Positions 19,199 to 30,300 of a DNA stretch of 64,000 nucleotides are shown one piece after another. The stretch is taken from assembly GCA_050178795.1 (NCBI GenBank), contig JBFXFT010000003.1, positions 3,955 to 67,954 of the forward strand, given 5' to 3'. The translations under genes were made by a program, and so were the position numbers. The DNA comes from Spirochaetales bacterium. Lineage in GTDB: Bacteria; Bacillota; Clostridia; Christensenellales; UBA1242. The notes beneath the pieces were generated by a model that did not search any database, was not told where the DNA came from, and was given only the letters and a program-made list of their open reading frames with translations. Each line of letters starts with the position of its first letter. Position 1 is the stretch's first letter.

Positions 19199-20701
19199 TT
19201 AATACAACCAAGTAAGTGTGGCGCTATATTCACTGCTTGCATAGCCCAAATTACCATTAGCTTTTACGCTAACTCTATATTGTGCTCCACTTGGCAAGTA
19301 TACATCTCCATCAAACATTGTATTAACTAAATCTAATGTTAATGAGGTCGTCGTCACCGTATAAGTAACCTCAGTGGTATCATTATACGCACTAATTGTA
19401 TACGATGCTGCGTTTGCAACTGTGTTCCAACTAACTGTTGATGAAACAAGTTCAAAATTGGTTGGAGGTGTTAAAATATTGAACGACAGTGTATTTGAAT
19501 AACTACTACATCCGTATATCTCCGAATACACTTTAACGTTTACATAATACTGCCCCACTTCTAATGCTGCTAGTTCATCAATATCTAGCGAGGTTGCTGT
19601 TGTAAAAACAGTTCTAATAGGGGTTAGTTCGCCGCCGACATATCTGGCAAGTTTAATAATATAATTTTCCGAATAAGTCGTAGCGGAAAGGTTTGTTGTG
19701 GTCGCACTCCAAGTATAATGTGCTGCCACATCATTTACTATTGTAGGAGTGTTAAATTTTTCAATAGCCACATAGTCTTGTCCCACTAATGCTACGTCAT
19801 AACTATTAAAACTAAAATTAATATTTGCTGCGCCACCAGAAATTGAATTTGTTGAATCAATGTCTTGTCCCTCAGACCAAATATAAATCCTAATTTTTGT
19901 TATAGCCTCTGGCATCAATAATGTAATATCATTGGACTCTCCAGCACTAATAGGGTCGTAAGTCGTAACTTCAACGGCTTCTTGTTGAGGTGTTCCTAAA
20001 ACATCTGTTACCAAGTTGTCTACCAAAGTTAGTCCCGTTGCTGGCATATTTACACCGTCATAAGGTTCCTTGCCCTCTGCAAGATAACTACTATGATATA
20101 AATCAATTTTGTCATTTCTTGTTGTTGAGTTTGGTTCCCAAATATAATCAACTGAGGAAATGCCTGTGCCATCAAGCGCAATTGCATCTTCTGAATTAGT
20201 GGCATAGCCAAAATTCAAGAATGCAACTCTAGTTGATAATTCAACATCTTTGTCGCTTAAATCTGTAACACTTGAGTCCATTCCTAAAGTTAATTTTTTT
20301 GCATAAGCATCGTTATTCAATATATAAATATCAAATACGTAATACAGGTCACTATTCGTCAACAAAATTGTTGAGAAAGTATTGCCAGAAAATTCACCTG
20401 TATAAAATTGCATATTACCATTAACAACTGTCGCACTTGATGAAATAGAATTTACTAGTAAATTTTGGTCAATATCAATACTAGCGATACTACCATCTGT
20501 AGTCAAAGTTGGACTCCAATCTGACCCATTACCAGAAAGCAAAATGCCTTCCGATTGAGAAGTAGACATTGTTATTGTTGTAATTGCCGCATGAGTAATT
20601 CTGTTATACCATGCATAAGTAAAAGAAATAATCGCAAAAACAGTTACAAGCATCATTGCAACACTGAATAATATTGGAACTGTTTTTGCTTTATTTCCCA
20701 T
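19199..20701 (-). CDS. SipW-substrate secreted protein (TasA/pilin-like domain plus FN3-like C-terminal domains)
   Basis: Signal peptide ending TYAWY; LSTRVAF, YIWEPNST, IWSEGQDIDS; C-terminal SWNTVANAASY / YRVSVKANG FN3-like. Confidence 0.75.
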   Translation of the reverse strand: MGNKAKTVPILFSVAMMLVTVFAIISFTYAWYNRITHAAITTITMSTSQSEGILLSGNGSDWSPTLTTDGSIASIDIDQNLLVNSISSSATVVNGNMQFYTGEFSGNTFSTILLTNSDLYYVFDIYILNNDAYAKKLTLGMDSSVTDLSDKDVELSTRVAFLNFGYATNSEDAIALDGTGISSVDYIWEPNSTTRNDKIDLYHSSYLAEGKEPYDGVNMPATGLTLVDNLVTDVLGTPQQEAVEVTTYDPISAGESNDITLLMPEAITKIRIYIWSEGQDIDSTNSISGGAANINFSFNSYDVALVGQDYVAIEKFNTPTIVNDVAAHYTWSATTTNLSATTYSENYIIKLARYVGGELTPIRTVFTTATSLDIDELAALEVGQYYVNVKVYSEIYGCSSYSNTLSFNILTPPTNFELVSSTVSWNTVANAASYTISAYNDTTEVTYTVTTTSLTLDLVNTMFDGDVYLPSGAQYRVSVKANGNLGYASSEYSATLTWLY

Positions 20702-20736
20702 TTTTTAATCTCTTAGTTTAATTTAATGTTCAAATA

Positions 20737-21969
20737 TTACGCTATTATTACATCAGTTGCTGTTCTGCTTCCGATAGAACCAGTCAACTCGCCTGTAACA
20801 ACAACATTATAAGTATCAGAAGCTGTTACTGGTGTATCTAATGTTATTTCAGTAATATCTGTTGAAGAATAAGTTACTGTACCTGTTGATAGGTATAGTC
20901 TGTAGTCTAGAGATACTGTAGCATCAGTTTCATCTGTGAATACATAAGCTATATAAGTAGCACCTAAGTCGCCTGCTCCACTTACTGTTACGATTGTATC
21001 AGCAACAGGAGTGCTTAAAGCGGTTGCAGTTTTACTACCAAGTTGAGTAGAAGTTGCACCTGAGTCAAATGCTAAAGATATAGAAACGTCACCTGCTGAT
21101 GTTCCGTTGTTACAATCTACGTCTTGTCCTTCCATCCAAACATATACTTTAACCTTAGTGATTTGTCCATTGGTTGCCCCTGGAACTGTTCCAATAACTG
21201 GAGAATCACCGATGTTAATATCTTTTGCTGTGTCAACTAGAGTAGTGTAAGTTGCGTTATAACTTAATAGTCCGTAAGCGTCAATGTCAGTAACTTCTGT
21301 GCTTCCATTGTCTCCAGATATTCCGTTATATTCATATTTTGCTGAGTCTGTTGCCCCACTTGCTAAAGCAGATGCTGAACGAGCTGTAGAATTTGGTTCC
21401 CAAATATAAGTACCAACTCCTTCTGCTAGTCCTGTAACTACTGCTGGGACGTTGTCGCTACCTTCAATAACGAAGGCAACCCTTGTAGAAAGTGAAGTGT
21501 CTTGGTCGTTTGCACCATCTACAACTGATGAAGATTTAGTTAAGCTTAATGTTAGGTCTTCTGCACCTTGGTTTAAGAAATATAAATCAAATACTAGATA
21601 ATTTGTTAAATCTTGTGCCAAAGTAAAGCTACCATCACCAGAAGTTGCACCATAGAAAGTGTACTCTCCTGAAGCTAGGCTATCAACTGTAGAAACTGGT
21701 TCCATTGAAGCAATGGAAAGTCTACTGTTCTCTTGTGGTTGACCTGCAGTTAAATCAAAGTCTGTTGTTGTAATACTTGATCTCCAAGTTAATGCATCAG
21801 TAGAAATTTGAATACCTGAAGCAGCGGATGCTGTAAAGTCAAAACCACTTGCTGCTGCTTGAGAGCCTCTTGTAAACCATGCATAAGTTGCTGTCGTTGT
21901 AGCTGCTGCAGTAACCACTAACATTGCTAAGCTTGTAACTATTGCTGTTAGTCTTTTTTGATTTTTCAT
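20737..21969 (-). CDS. SipW-substrate secreted protein, putative major fibre subunit B
   Basis: TYAWFT signal; YIWEPNST; VWMEGQDVDC; close paralog of 22085-23329. Confidence 0.8.
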   Translation of the reverse strand: MKNQKRLTAIVTSLAMLVVTAAATTTATYAWFTRGSQAAASGFDFTASAASGIQISTDALTWRSSITTTDFDLTAGQPQENSRLSIASMEPVSTVDSLASGEYTFYGATSGDGSFTLAQDLTNYLVFDLYFLNQGAEDLTLSLTKSSSVVDGANDQDTSLSTRVAFVIEGSDNVPAVVTGLAEGVGTYIWEPNSTARSASALASGATDSAKYEYNGISGDNGSTEVTDIDAYGLLSYNATYTTLVDTAKDINIGDSPVIGTVPGATNGQITKVKVYVWMEGQDVDCNNGTSAGDVSISLAFDSGATSTQLGSKTATALSTPVADTIVTVSGAGDLGATYIAYVFTDETDATVSLDYRLYLSTGTVTYSSTDITEITLDTPVTASDTYNVVVTGELTGSIGSRTATDVIIA

Positions 21970-22084
21970 TTTTTTCTCCTTTTTGTTTTAATGTGAAATT
22001 TAGTATATATATTATTTTTTTCAAAACAATTATATAACATTGTTTGGTCCTATTTTACATAAGACTTGTTGAGGTTATAGTTCA

Positions 22085-23329
22085 TTAAGCAACTATAACG
22101 TCAGTAGCTGTTCTACTACTAATTGAACCAGTCAATTTGCCAACTACTACAACATTGTATGTTCCAGGAGTTGCTGCAATGTCGTTATCTAATGTAATTT
22201 CAGTTACATCAGTTACTGCATAAGTTGCAGAACCAGTTGCTAAGTATAGTCTGTAATCAACAGAAATATTAGTATCAGTTACTGTTTGGAATACATAAGC
22301 TGAGTAAGTAACACTTAGGTCACCTGCTCCTGTTACTGCTAGAGTAGTAGTTCCTGCAAGTGAAGTAAGAGTATCTGCGGTTTTGTCACCTAGTTGAGTA
22401 GCGTCTGCACCTGAGTCAAATGCTAGCTCTATTGCTACGTCACCTGTTGAAGCGGCGTTGTTAGAGTCAACATCTTGTCCTTCCATCCAAACAAATACTT
22501 TAACTTTAGTGATTTGTCCACTGCCTGCACCTGGTAATACGGTAACTACGCCGCTATCACCAATTTCAAGGTCATGAGTTGTGTCAACAATTGTTGTGTA
22601 ACTTGCGTTTGCAGTTAAGTGACCATAATAGTCAATATCTGTAACTGGTACGCCACCATTGTTGTCATACAAACCATGATACTCATATTTTGCTGAAGCG
22701 GTTACGCCTGCAGCTAATGCTGATGCTGAGTGAGTTGTAGAATTTGGTTCCCAAATGTAAGTGCTGCTTCCACCTGCTAAGCCAGTTGCTGTTGTTGGGT
22801 CGTTGTTACTTCCCTCTACAACAAAGCCAACTCTTGTAGAAAGTGATGCATCTTGATCATTTACGCCATCTGTTACTGCTGAAGCGTTTGTTAAACTTAA
22901 AGTTAATGCGTCAGCACCTTGGTTTAAGAAATACAAGTCAAATACCAAGTAATTAGTATGATCTGCACTGATAGTAAAGTTACCGTCGCCAGAGGTTGCT
23001 GTATAGAAGTCAAACTCTCCGTCTGTTAAATCGGCTGTACCATCAATTGTAGAAACTGGTTCCATTGAAGCAATAGAAAGCCTACTATTTTCTTGTGGTT
23101 GACCTGCTGTTAAATCAAAGTCTGTAGTTGTAATACTTGATTTCCAAGTTAATGCGTCTGTAGAAACTTGGATACCTGAAGCAGCAGATGCTGTAAAATC
23201 AAAACCACTAGCAGTTGCTTGTGTTCCTCTTGTGAACCATGCAAATGTTGCTGTTGTCGTAGCCATTGCAGTAATTGCTAACATTGCTACGCTTGTAACT
23301 ATTGCAGTTAGTTTTTTTTGATTTTTCAT
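22085..23329 (-). CDS. SipW-substrate secreted protein, putative major fibre subunit A
   Basis: TFAWFT signal; YIWEPNST; VWMEGQDVDS; strong AAGGAG RBS. Confidence 0.8.
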   Translation of the reverse strand: MKNQKKLTAIVTSVAMLAITAMATTTATFAWFTRGTQATASGFDFTASAASGIQVSTDALTWKSSITTTDFDLTAGQPQENSRLSIASMEPVSTIDGTADLTDGEFDFYTATSGDGNFTISADHTNYLVFDLYFLNQGADALTLSLTNASAVTDGVNDQDASLSTRVGFVVEGSNNDPTTATGLAGGSSTYIWEPNSTTHSASALAAGVTASAKYEYHGLYDNNGGVPVTDIDYYGHLTANASYTTIVDTTHDLEIGDSGVVTVLPGAGSGQITKVKVFVWMEGQDVDSNNAASTGDVAIELAFDSGADATQLGDKTADTLTSLAGTTTLAVTGAGDLSVTYSAYVFQTVTDTNISVDYRLYLATGSATYAVTDVTEITLDNDIAATPGTYNVVVVGKLTGSISSRTATDVIVA

Positions 23330-23391
23330 TTTTTTCTCCTTTTTGTTTTTTATTGTTTATTTTTGATTAAAGGCAATAATTTGACCAATAA

Positions 23392-24318
23392 TTACACCTC
23401 CTCATCTTCTATTACAGATATGTTCCATATCATTTGAAGCTCTGAAGAAAACTTGTCGTTCACACAATCATAGTCTGCTCCTTCAAGCCAAATGACAACG
23501 GTATATCTGTCATAGCTTCCCAGTGATAAGTTAACAACGTCGTGCGCTATTGTGTCTAAAGAGTAAAACTCTTCAACAGTAACGCCTGTCCCTTCTATTT
23601 CCCCATCAATTTGTTCTTCATAGGTGTGGGTATAGACAGTAGGAACTCCATCGCTAAAAATTTCAACGCGCATCGCTGTTTCAACACTTTGTGTGCTCAG
23701 TTTAATGCGCAGATCACTAGTATAAGTTAAATCCGCATCTCCAGTGTTAAGTACATAAAACGTATAGCATATGTAATTATCACCATTATGGGAACCGCCG
23801 CCTAGGTCATCTAAGCCAGGTGGCAACCAACTATAAGATATGTTATCTAAGGAGGTGATTGCGGAAGCCTTCAAACCAACGCTTAATCTTTGAAAATTAT
23901 CATCGTCGCTCAAAGAGACTGCTTTGGTAATTCTTTGGTCCGCAATGACGTTAATTCCATAACCAGAATTGACATAAGTATAACTCAAAGAGTACACAAC
24001 GCCTATGGTTAGTAAAATTAAAATCATACCAATTGATATTAGTCTGCCAATAATTATATCACGAGAGACCTTTTTTGTATACCTTTTTGTCGTCAAATTA
24101 CGAAAAAAACCGATTTCTCGCTTGTCTAATTTGTCCTTTAAATCCTCTAAATCTACGGGTGTAAACCTCTTTTTTTTGTCCTTAGAAGTTTTAAGATTTA
24201 AGTCGTCCAAATTAGAAGCTCCTTCGCCGAGTGATTTACCACTTTCTGGAGGCGATGGTCCTCTGTTGTTGACCGCTAAACCGCTGCCAATAATTTCCTT
24301 ATCTGTATTTTTATCCAT
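23392..24318 (-). CDS. Bitopic membrane protein carrying the same WxEGxD domain (putative anchor subunit)
   Basis: About 90-aa charged N-terminus, one TM helix, IWLEGADYDCVN; no YAWF motif. Confidence 0.7.
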   Translation of the reverse strand: MDKNTDKEIIGSGLAVNNRGPSPPESGKSLGEGASNLDDLNLKTSKDKKKRFTPVDLEDLKDKLDKREIGFFRNLTTKRYTKKVSRDIIIGRLISIGMILILLTIGVVYSLSYTYVNSGYGINVIADQRITKAVSLSDDDNFQRLSVGLKASAITSLDNISYSWLPPGLDDLGGGSHNGDNYICYTFYVLNTGDADLTYTSDLRIKLSTQSVETAMRVEIFSDGVPTVYTHTYEEQIDGEIEGTGVTVEEFYSLDTIAHDVVNLSLGSYDRYTVVIWLEGADYDCVNDKFSSELQMIWNISVIEDEEV

Positions 24319-24368
24319 ATCTTTTTTCCTCTTTTAAGATTGTTATAAATTTAGGTTTTTATTACTCA

Positions 24369-27300
24369 TTATGGAACGTGAGTAAAGGTTGTAACTCCGA
24401 CTATTGAATCATAGTAGAATGAGAAGCCTGGAAGTGCTTGATAAGTTGCTAGTAATGTACTTGGTACTCTAATTACTATGCTTTCATAGGTTTGAACTAC
24501 GTCGCCATTTGCATTAACTTCAACGGTAACACCAACTGCAAATGCGTCTGCGTTATAAACGTCAACGTTGTAACCTGTAACAGTAACGTTTACATTAAAC
24601 TCAAATAGTGTAATTCTTGAATTTGAGAATGCACGACTATAAATGTAGTTCTCATAAGTATCTGTATAGAAACACGCAGTGCCAGTAGTTGTGCCAGTAC
24701 CAAAGAACGCATAAGGTTCAATTGATATGTTAGAGTAAACTTTACCTTTGTTACCATAAGCATAACTTGTTGCTGGGTGCAATTCAACGAGTGTTACAGC
24801 CGTATTGTTATAAATAGAATAGCTGTTAATAATTGAAGCAAAGCCCGTAATACTTATGCTTGTTAAGACTGGGTTAGATGCAATTGCGTACGAACTCAAA
24901 AGTACACCAAAACCAGAAGAATTGTTTTGTAAATGAACTGTAGTTAAGGCAGAATTTTCTGCTATTGCATATTGAGACAATGTCAAGTTGTAAGGATAAG
25001 TTGTTACATAACTGTTGATGTTGGTGTTTTGAACCGTACCAGCAATAAATGTAAGTGTTTGCAAGTAATCGTTGTGATAGAACGCTTTTTCAGCAATTTC
25101 TATAACTGTCGTCTCAATTGTGTAAGATGTAGAAGTGTTAGATGGTAAGTATTTATAAAGAACCGTCATGTCGCTCGATTCGTAAATAACTTTATTGCTA
25201 TTTGCGTCTGTATCAATATAGAATGGCTCAGTTCCTGTTCCAGTGAAGCTTACATCTTCAATTTCACTGTTACTAAACATATCCATATTTACGTTTTCTA
25301 CTCCCCTAGGAATAGTTATAACAGTAACCGCTGTTCCGCTAAATACATCTGCACCTAGCGATAGAACCGTATAAGTTTGAGAACGATAAGTAAGTGTTGC
25401 TGGTATAGCAACCGTTGTCAATACTCCTAGATACTTACAAATGTGTGCAGTATAAGTTGTGCCTAAAATATAGAAGCCCCAAGTACTTGAATAATCAATG
25501 TTATAAGTTGTACTAATTTGGCTCATAACAAGTGACCAGTATTGGTCCATCAAATAGTCAGAAAGTAGACTGCCTGGAACATATATTTTTACTGTGCTTG
25601 GAATTGTTGTAATTGTCGCATTTACCACTGTTACATAAATTTCATTGTTGAATGAAATACTAATTAATTCGTCTGCAAGTTCAAAAATATTGTCTGCATT
25701 TAAGTTAATTAATTCTGAGTCAAACACTATGGTTAAAACGTTTGTGCTGTCATAGAACGCCCTATATGAGTTAAGTGTTGGAAGACCGCCAATTATCAAG
25801 TGCGCCGTTCCGCCACCATTCATATTTGCAAAGGCGTAATCGCTTGTAACGCTTAAACACTCTTCAAATACAAATGTGTAAGTAACATTCGTTCCACTTA
25901 CTATTCCGTTAAACATATTTGAACCAAGTGAACGAATGCTGTTAAATGTTAAATTGCCTGAGATATTTGCAAAAGCAAAGGCGTAATTTGCATCAATAAG
26001 TGTTAAAGCAGAATTAAATGTCAAGGCGTCATCGTAAGTAATATAAGAGAATGCATAAGCGCCAAGATAAGATACTGACGAAACATTTAAAGTAACATCT
26101 GTAAAGTCAAATGAATGGAAAGCATAAGAGTCAACAGCACCAGTTAATGTCAATGTATTTGGAATATTGATGTTTGTAATACTGCTATTTCTAAATGCGT
26201 TTGCTCCAACTCCATTAAAGGTTGTAGTGTTTGGAATGTATAAGTTAGTTACAACTGTGTTGTATAGGAAGTTTGCGCCTACAACAAGGCTTGTTGGATA
26301 AATATAAAGTGAACCAATGTGGGTTGAATAAACCGTATCTGCTCCTGCAAATAGTCCAGCAGGTAGCGATGTTATTCCAGAGTTAATTTCAACTACAACA
26401 TAAGTCGTTAGATATGATATGTTGCTTGTTTGGTTACCAAGCATATTTGAAGTAAGTGGTAATGTTCCAGCAATAATCAAGTGTTGAATTAAACCTGCGT
26501 TGTTGAATATTCCGTAAGTACCATCACCATAAGCATAGAATGGGTTAGAAGTATATGAACTGTTACCAATTGTAACTACGCCCAAACTAATTGGTAAGTG
26601 ATAGAAAGCGTTTGCACCTATCGTTACTACGTCTGTTAAGTCAAAATCAACAAAGTTGTCTGAACTCGTCTTAGTAAATGTAGTTTCCGAAAAGGCATAA
26701 GTACCAATACTATCTACGTGTTGTACCCAAGCAAGGTCACAATCTTGTGCAAATACCGCATTAGAGAAAGCATAACTTGTAATGTTATAAACTATGCCAT
26801 ACTCTACTGAAGAAATTTCATAAGTAAGTCCAGTCATAACATCTATTGTGCTGTTTGCAAAGGTGCTTGGTCCAGTCATGGAGATTACACCAGAGGTTGA
26901 ACCATTGTAAATTATGTTTGTAATGACAGAGTTTGCAAAAGCACTATTACCTAAGTCAACCGTTGACGCATTAATATTTATGGTTGAGATGACATTTGTG
27001 TTAAACGCACTGGTATTGATGTCTAGACTTGTGTTTGTGAAGTTAATTGTTCCAATATGTGCGTAATAGAAGGCATTTTGACCAATTGTAATATTATTTG
27101 CGTTTACATTTAAAGTCTCAATTGTAACTGGTACACTGCTAGATTGACTAATAAATACGCTTGCTGGAATCGTCGTAACACTGCTTGAAATGTTTATTAT
27201 TCCGTAATCAACCGACCAAGAATTGTCAACATAACTGTTTCCAAGTGCGTTATATGAGTTAATTGCAGGTAAGTTGCCAACTATGTTAAGTACATCAATT

Positions 27301-30300
27301 CTGCCTGCGCCATAAAGTACGCCGTTTACTCCATCACCATAAGAGTAAGAATCGCCATATAGTGCTGCGTAACTTGAATTACCTAATGTTAAACTGCCAA
27401 TTTTAATTGGTATAAAGGCAAACAACTCTTCGCCAAGAGTAATTGCGTGGCTCAAATCTAGGCTCACATAAGCGTTAGCAGAAGTCTTTGAGAAGGTCGT
27501 ATACATAAAGGCATTATTTTCAATAACCTCTGCGTAGTTAATAAATGTGACATTACAATCTGTTCCAAAAGTTGCATGATAGAATGAGTAGGCACTTATT
27601 TCTTGTACTACGCCGCTGCTTGCGTCTGTAAGACCTGTAATTGCATAGATTGTTGCGTATTGGAATGTATACTCGGCACCAGCGTTATAAGTTATTTCTC
27701 CCACGCCAGAAGTCCTATCGTACACTATGTTTCTTAAAATAGAATACTCAAAAGATTTTGTGTTAAAGTCAAGGCTTGAACTGTATATGTTGAAGTAAGT
27801 TATATCGGTATATGCAAAACTGTCCTCGCCAATATTTAAACTTGATGAATATATATCAAGTGTTGTTATGTGGTTCCTGTAACTTGTGCTATAACCGCTA
27901 AAGCCATAATCTGGAAGTATTGTAACGGCTGCTTCAATTGTTAGTACGCCAATAGTAAGAGATGAGTTACCGCTTAGACCTAGTGCCCTAGTTTGGTACA
28001 TCTCGTTTACATTTGCGTCTGGTAAGTTGCCCGCTATTATAACCTCTTCAACGGTTATTGTGCCAGCGTCTCCAAATATACCTTCACTACCAGATTCGTT
28101 GCCATAATAATATTCTGGTAAGTGGCTGTTGTAATATTCATTGTTGCCTAGAGTTATTGTTCCAAGTGGACTGTATATGTTTTCAAAAATTGAATGTCCG
28201 ATTGTAGGTACTCTTGTAAAGTCAAATGAAACTTTTGCTCCACCACTACTTGCTGTAAATGTTGCATGCTCAAAGGCAAAGTTGCCAATGCTGGATGCAT
28301 ATTCAAATAGGCTTAAATCTGAGTCTTGACTAAATGTTGTATATTGGAAAGCATACTCAGTAACGTCTTGTAACACACCAGCATAATCAAGTAACAAGTC
28401 ATCATAATAAACAAAGTTTGTAAAGTCGCCAATAGTTGCAAAATGGAAGGCATAGTCACCAGTAAATGAAAGTTCGCCATAATTTAGTGCGTCATATTCA
28501 ATGTTGCCAACCGAAATACAGTTAAAGGCATATTCGCCAATCGTTAAATCCTCAGATTGTATATACATATCTGTTACTATCAATCTGCCAGATACGCTAT
28601 ATGAATAGAACATGTAATCTGGTATATTAGTACAATATTGAGTTATGTATATATTACTTATATATATATTAGCGCCATTTGCACCTAAAACGTAAGTGCC
28701 AAGTCTTTGAACAGGAAGTTCGCCGTCAATATATAGGTTTGTGATTGTGCTTACATCGCCACCTGTAAATATACCGCCAGCACTTGTTCCATATACAAAG
28801 TTGCTTTGATTGTTGTTATAGAAAGTTGTGTTTCCTAATCTTACTGTAAGTACTTCAATGTCTCTTAGTGCCTCATTTGCAATAGTTAAACAACTTGTAA
28901 GGTCAAGAGTTGATGTTGTTGCAGATAGAGTATAGAAAGATAATGTTGCGGCACTTGAAGTTCCAAGTGTGTCAATATAGCATGCAGAACTAATTATTGT
29001 GTTAAGGAAAGTATTTGATGCAATTGCAATGTCTTCAAACACAAGGCTCGTACAGTCATAAATTCTGGCGTTTTCAAAGGTATATTGTCCAATTGTTCCG
29101 CTTAAGTACATTGATGTAACAGTATAAAGGCTTGCACCGTCAAATACGTAACTGCCTATTGTTCCGTCAAAGGATATCGCTGTAACCCCTGTTGTGTCAC
29201 TGTTATAGAAAGCATAGTTTGCGACTGTACCAGTAACATCAATGCCAGTTGCAGGTACTATAGAGTCAGCAAAAGCGTAAGTCTCAATGGCAACTAAAGT
29301 CAAATCTCCAAGTGAGCCTACATCACTATATCTAAATGCGTACTCTTGAATTATTGTCGCTGCACTATCATCAAGTAGTGTCTCGCCAGAGTAAGAATAA
29401 ACATTTGTCACAGTAGCGTAATAGAAAGCATAACTTCCTATGTTGCTTATATCATATAAATTTAAGTTCGTAATTGTTATTGCGTTTGCTAGTGCCGAAC
29501 CATAAAACATAAAGTCATAAAGTAGTCCGTTGGTGTTTTTAATGGTAACGTTGTCATATTCCCTATCTGAGGTTTCACTACCGAATAGGAATGTTGCTTT
29601 ACCTGAAGATATTTCTGGAAGCATACCGTCAATAATTAAGTTGGTTGCTTGGAAATCAGAATATATCATACCACTAGTCGTTCCACCATAACTACAATAA
29701 GTGTTTACCTCTGCTTGTGAAACATATAGTGTTTTAATACCAATTGAGAACTCATCTAGGTACATACCCTTAAAGGCAAGTCTTCCTATAGTCATTACTT
29801 CAAAAGCCGAAACTTTGTTGTAAGGATAAAGTTCTGTATAACTCTTAAATTTTAATTCAAAGGCAGAGTCGCCAATTGTTGTAACTCCGTCCAAATAAAG
29901 TTCACAACCATATAAGGAGAAGTTGTTAGTCATACTAGCAGTTATGCTGGTTATGCCACTTAGGTCTAATACCACGCCATAGAAAGAGGCTGAGTTAAAT
30001 GCTCCGTCCCCTATTGCATAAGTTCCGTGAAGGTCTAGTGTATTATTTATTACTCCATCAGTCGTATTTGCAGTTTCAAAAGTTGAAAGTGAAGTTGTGC
30101 CAGTAGTACCTATTGTCGAATTTGCAAAGGCTTGTATTCCAACAGCCGTCATAGCAGAGAAACTTGTTGGTCTAGCGTTTGATGTTGTAATTCTTGCATT
30201 ATAGAAAGCATAATTGCCAATGCTTGCAACGTTACCTAGGTCTAAGTTGTCTATGTATGCGTTATAGAAGATATCTGTTCTTATGTAAGTCATATTGCTT

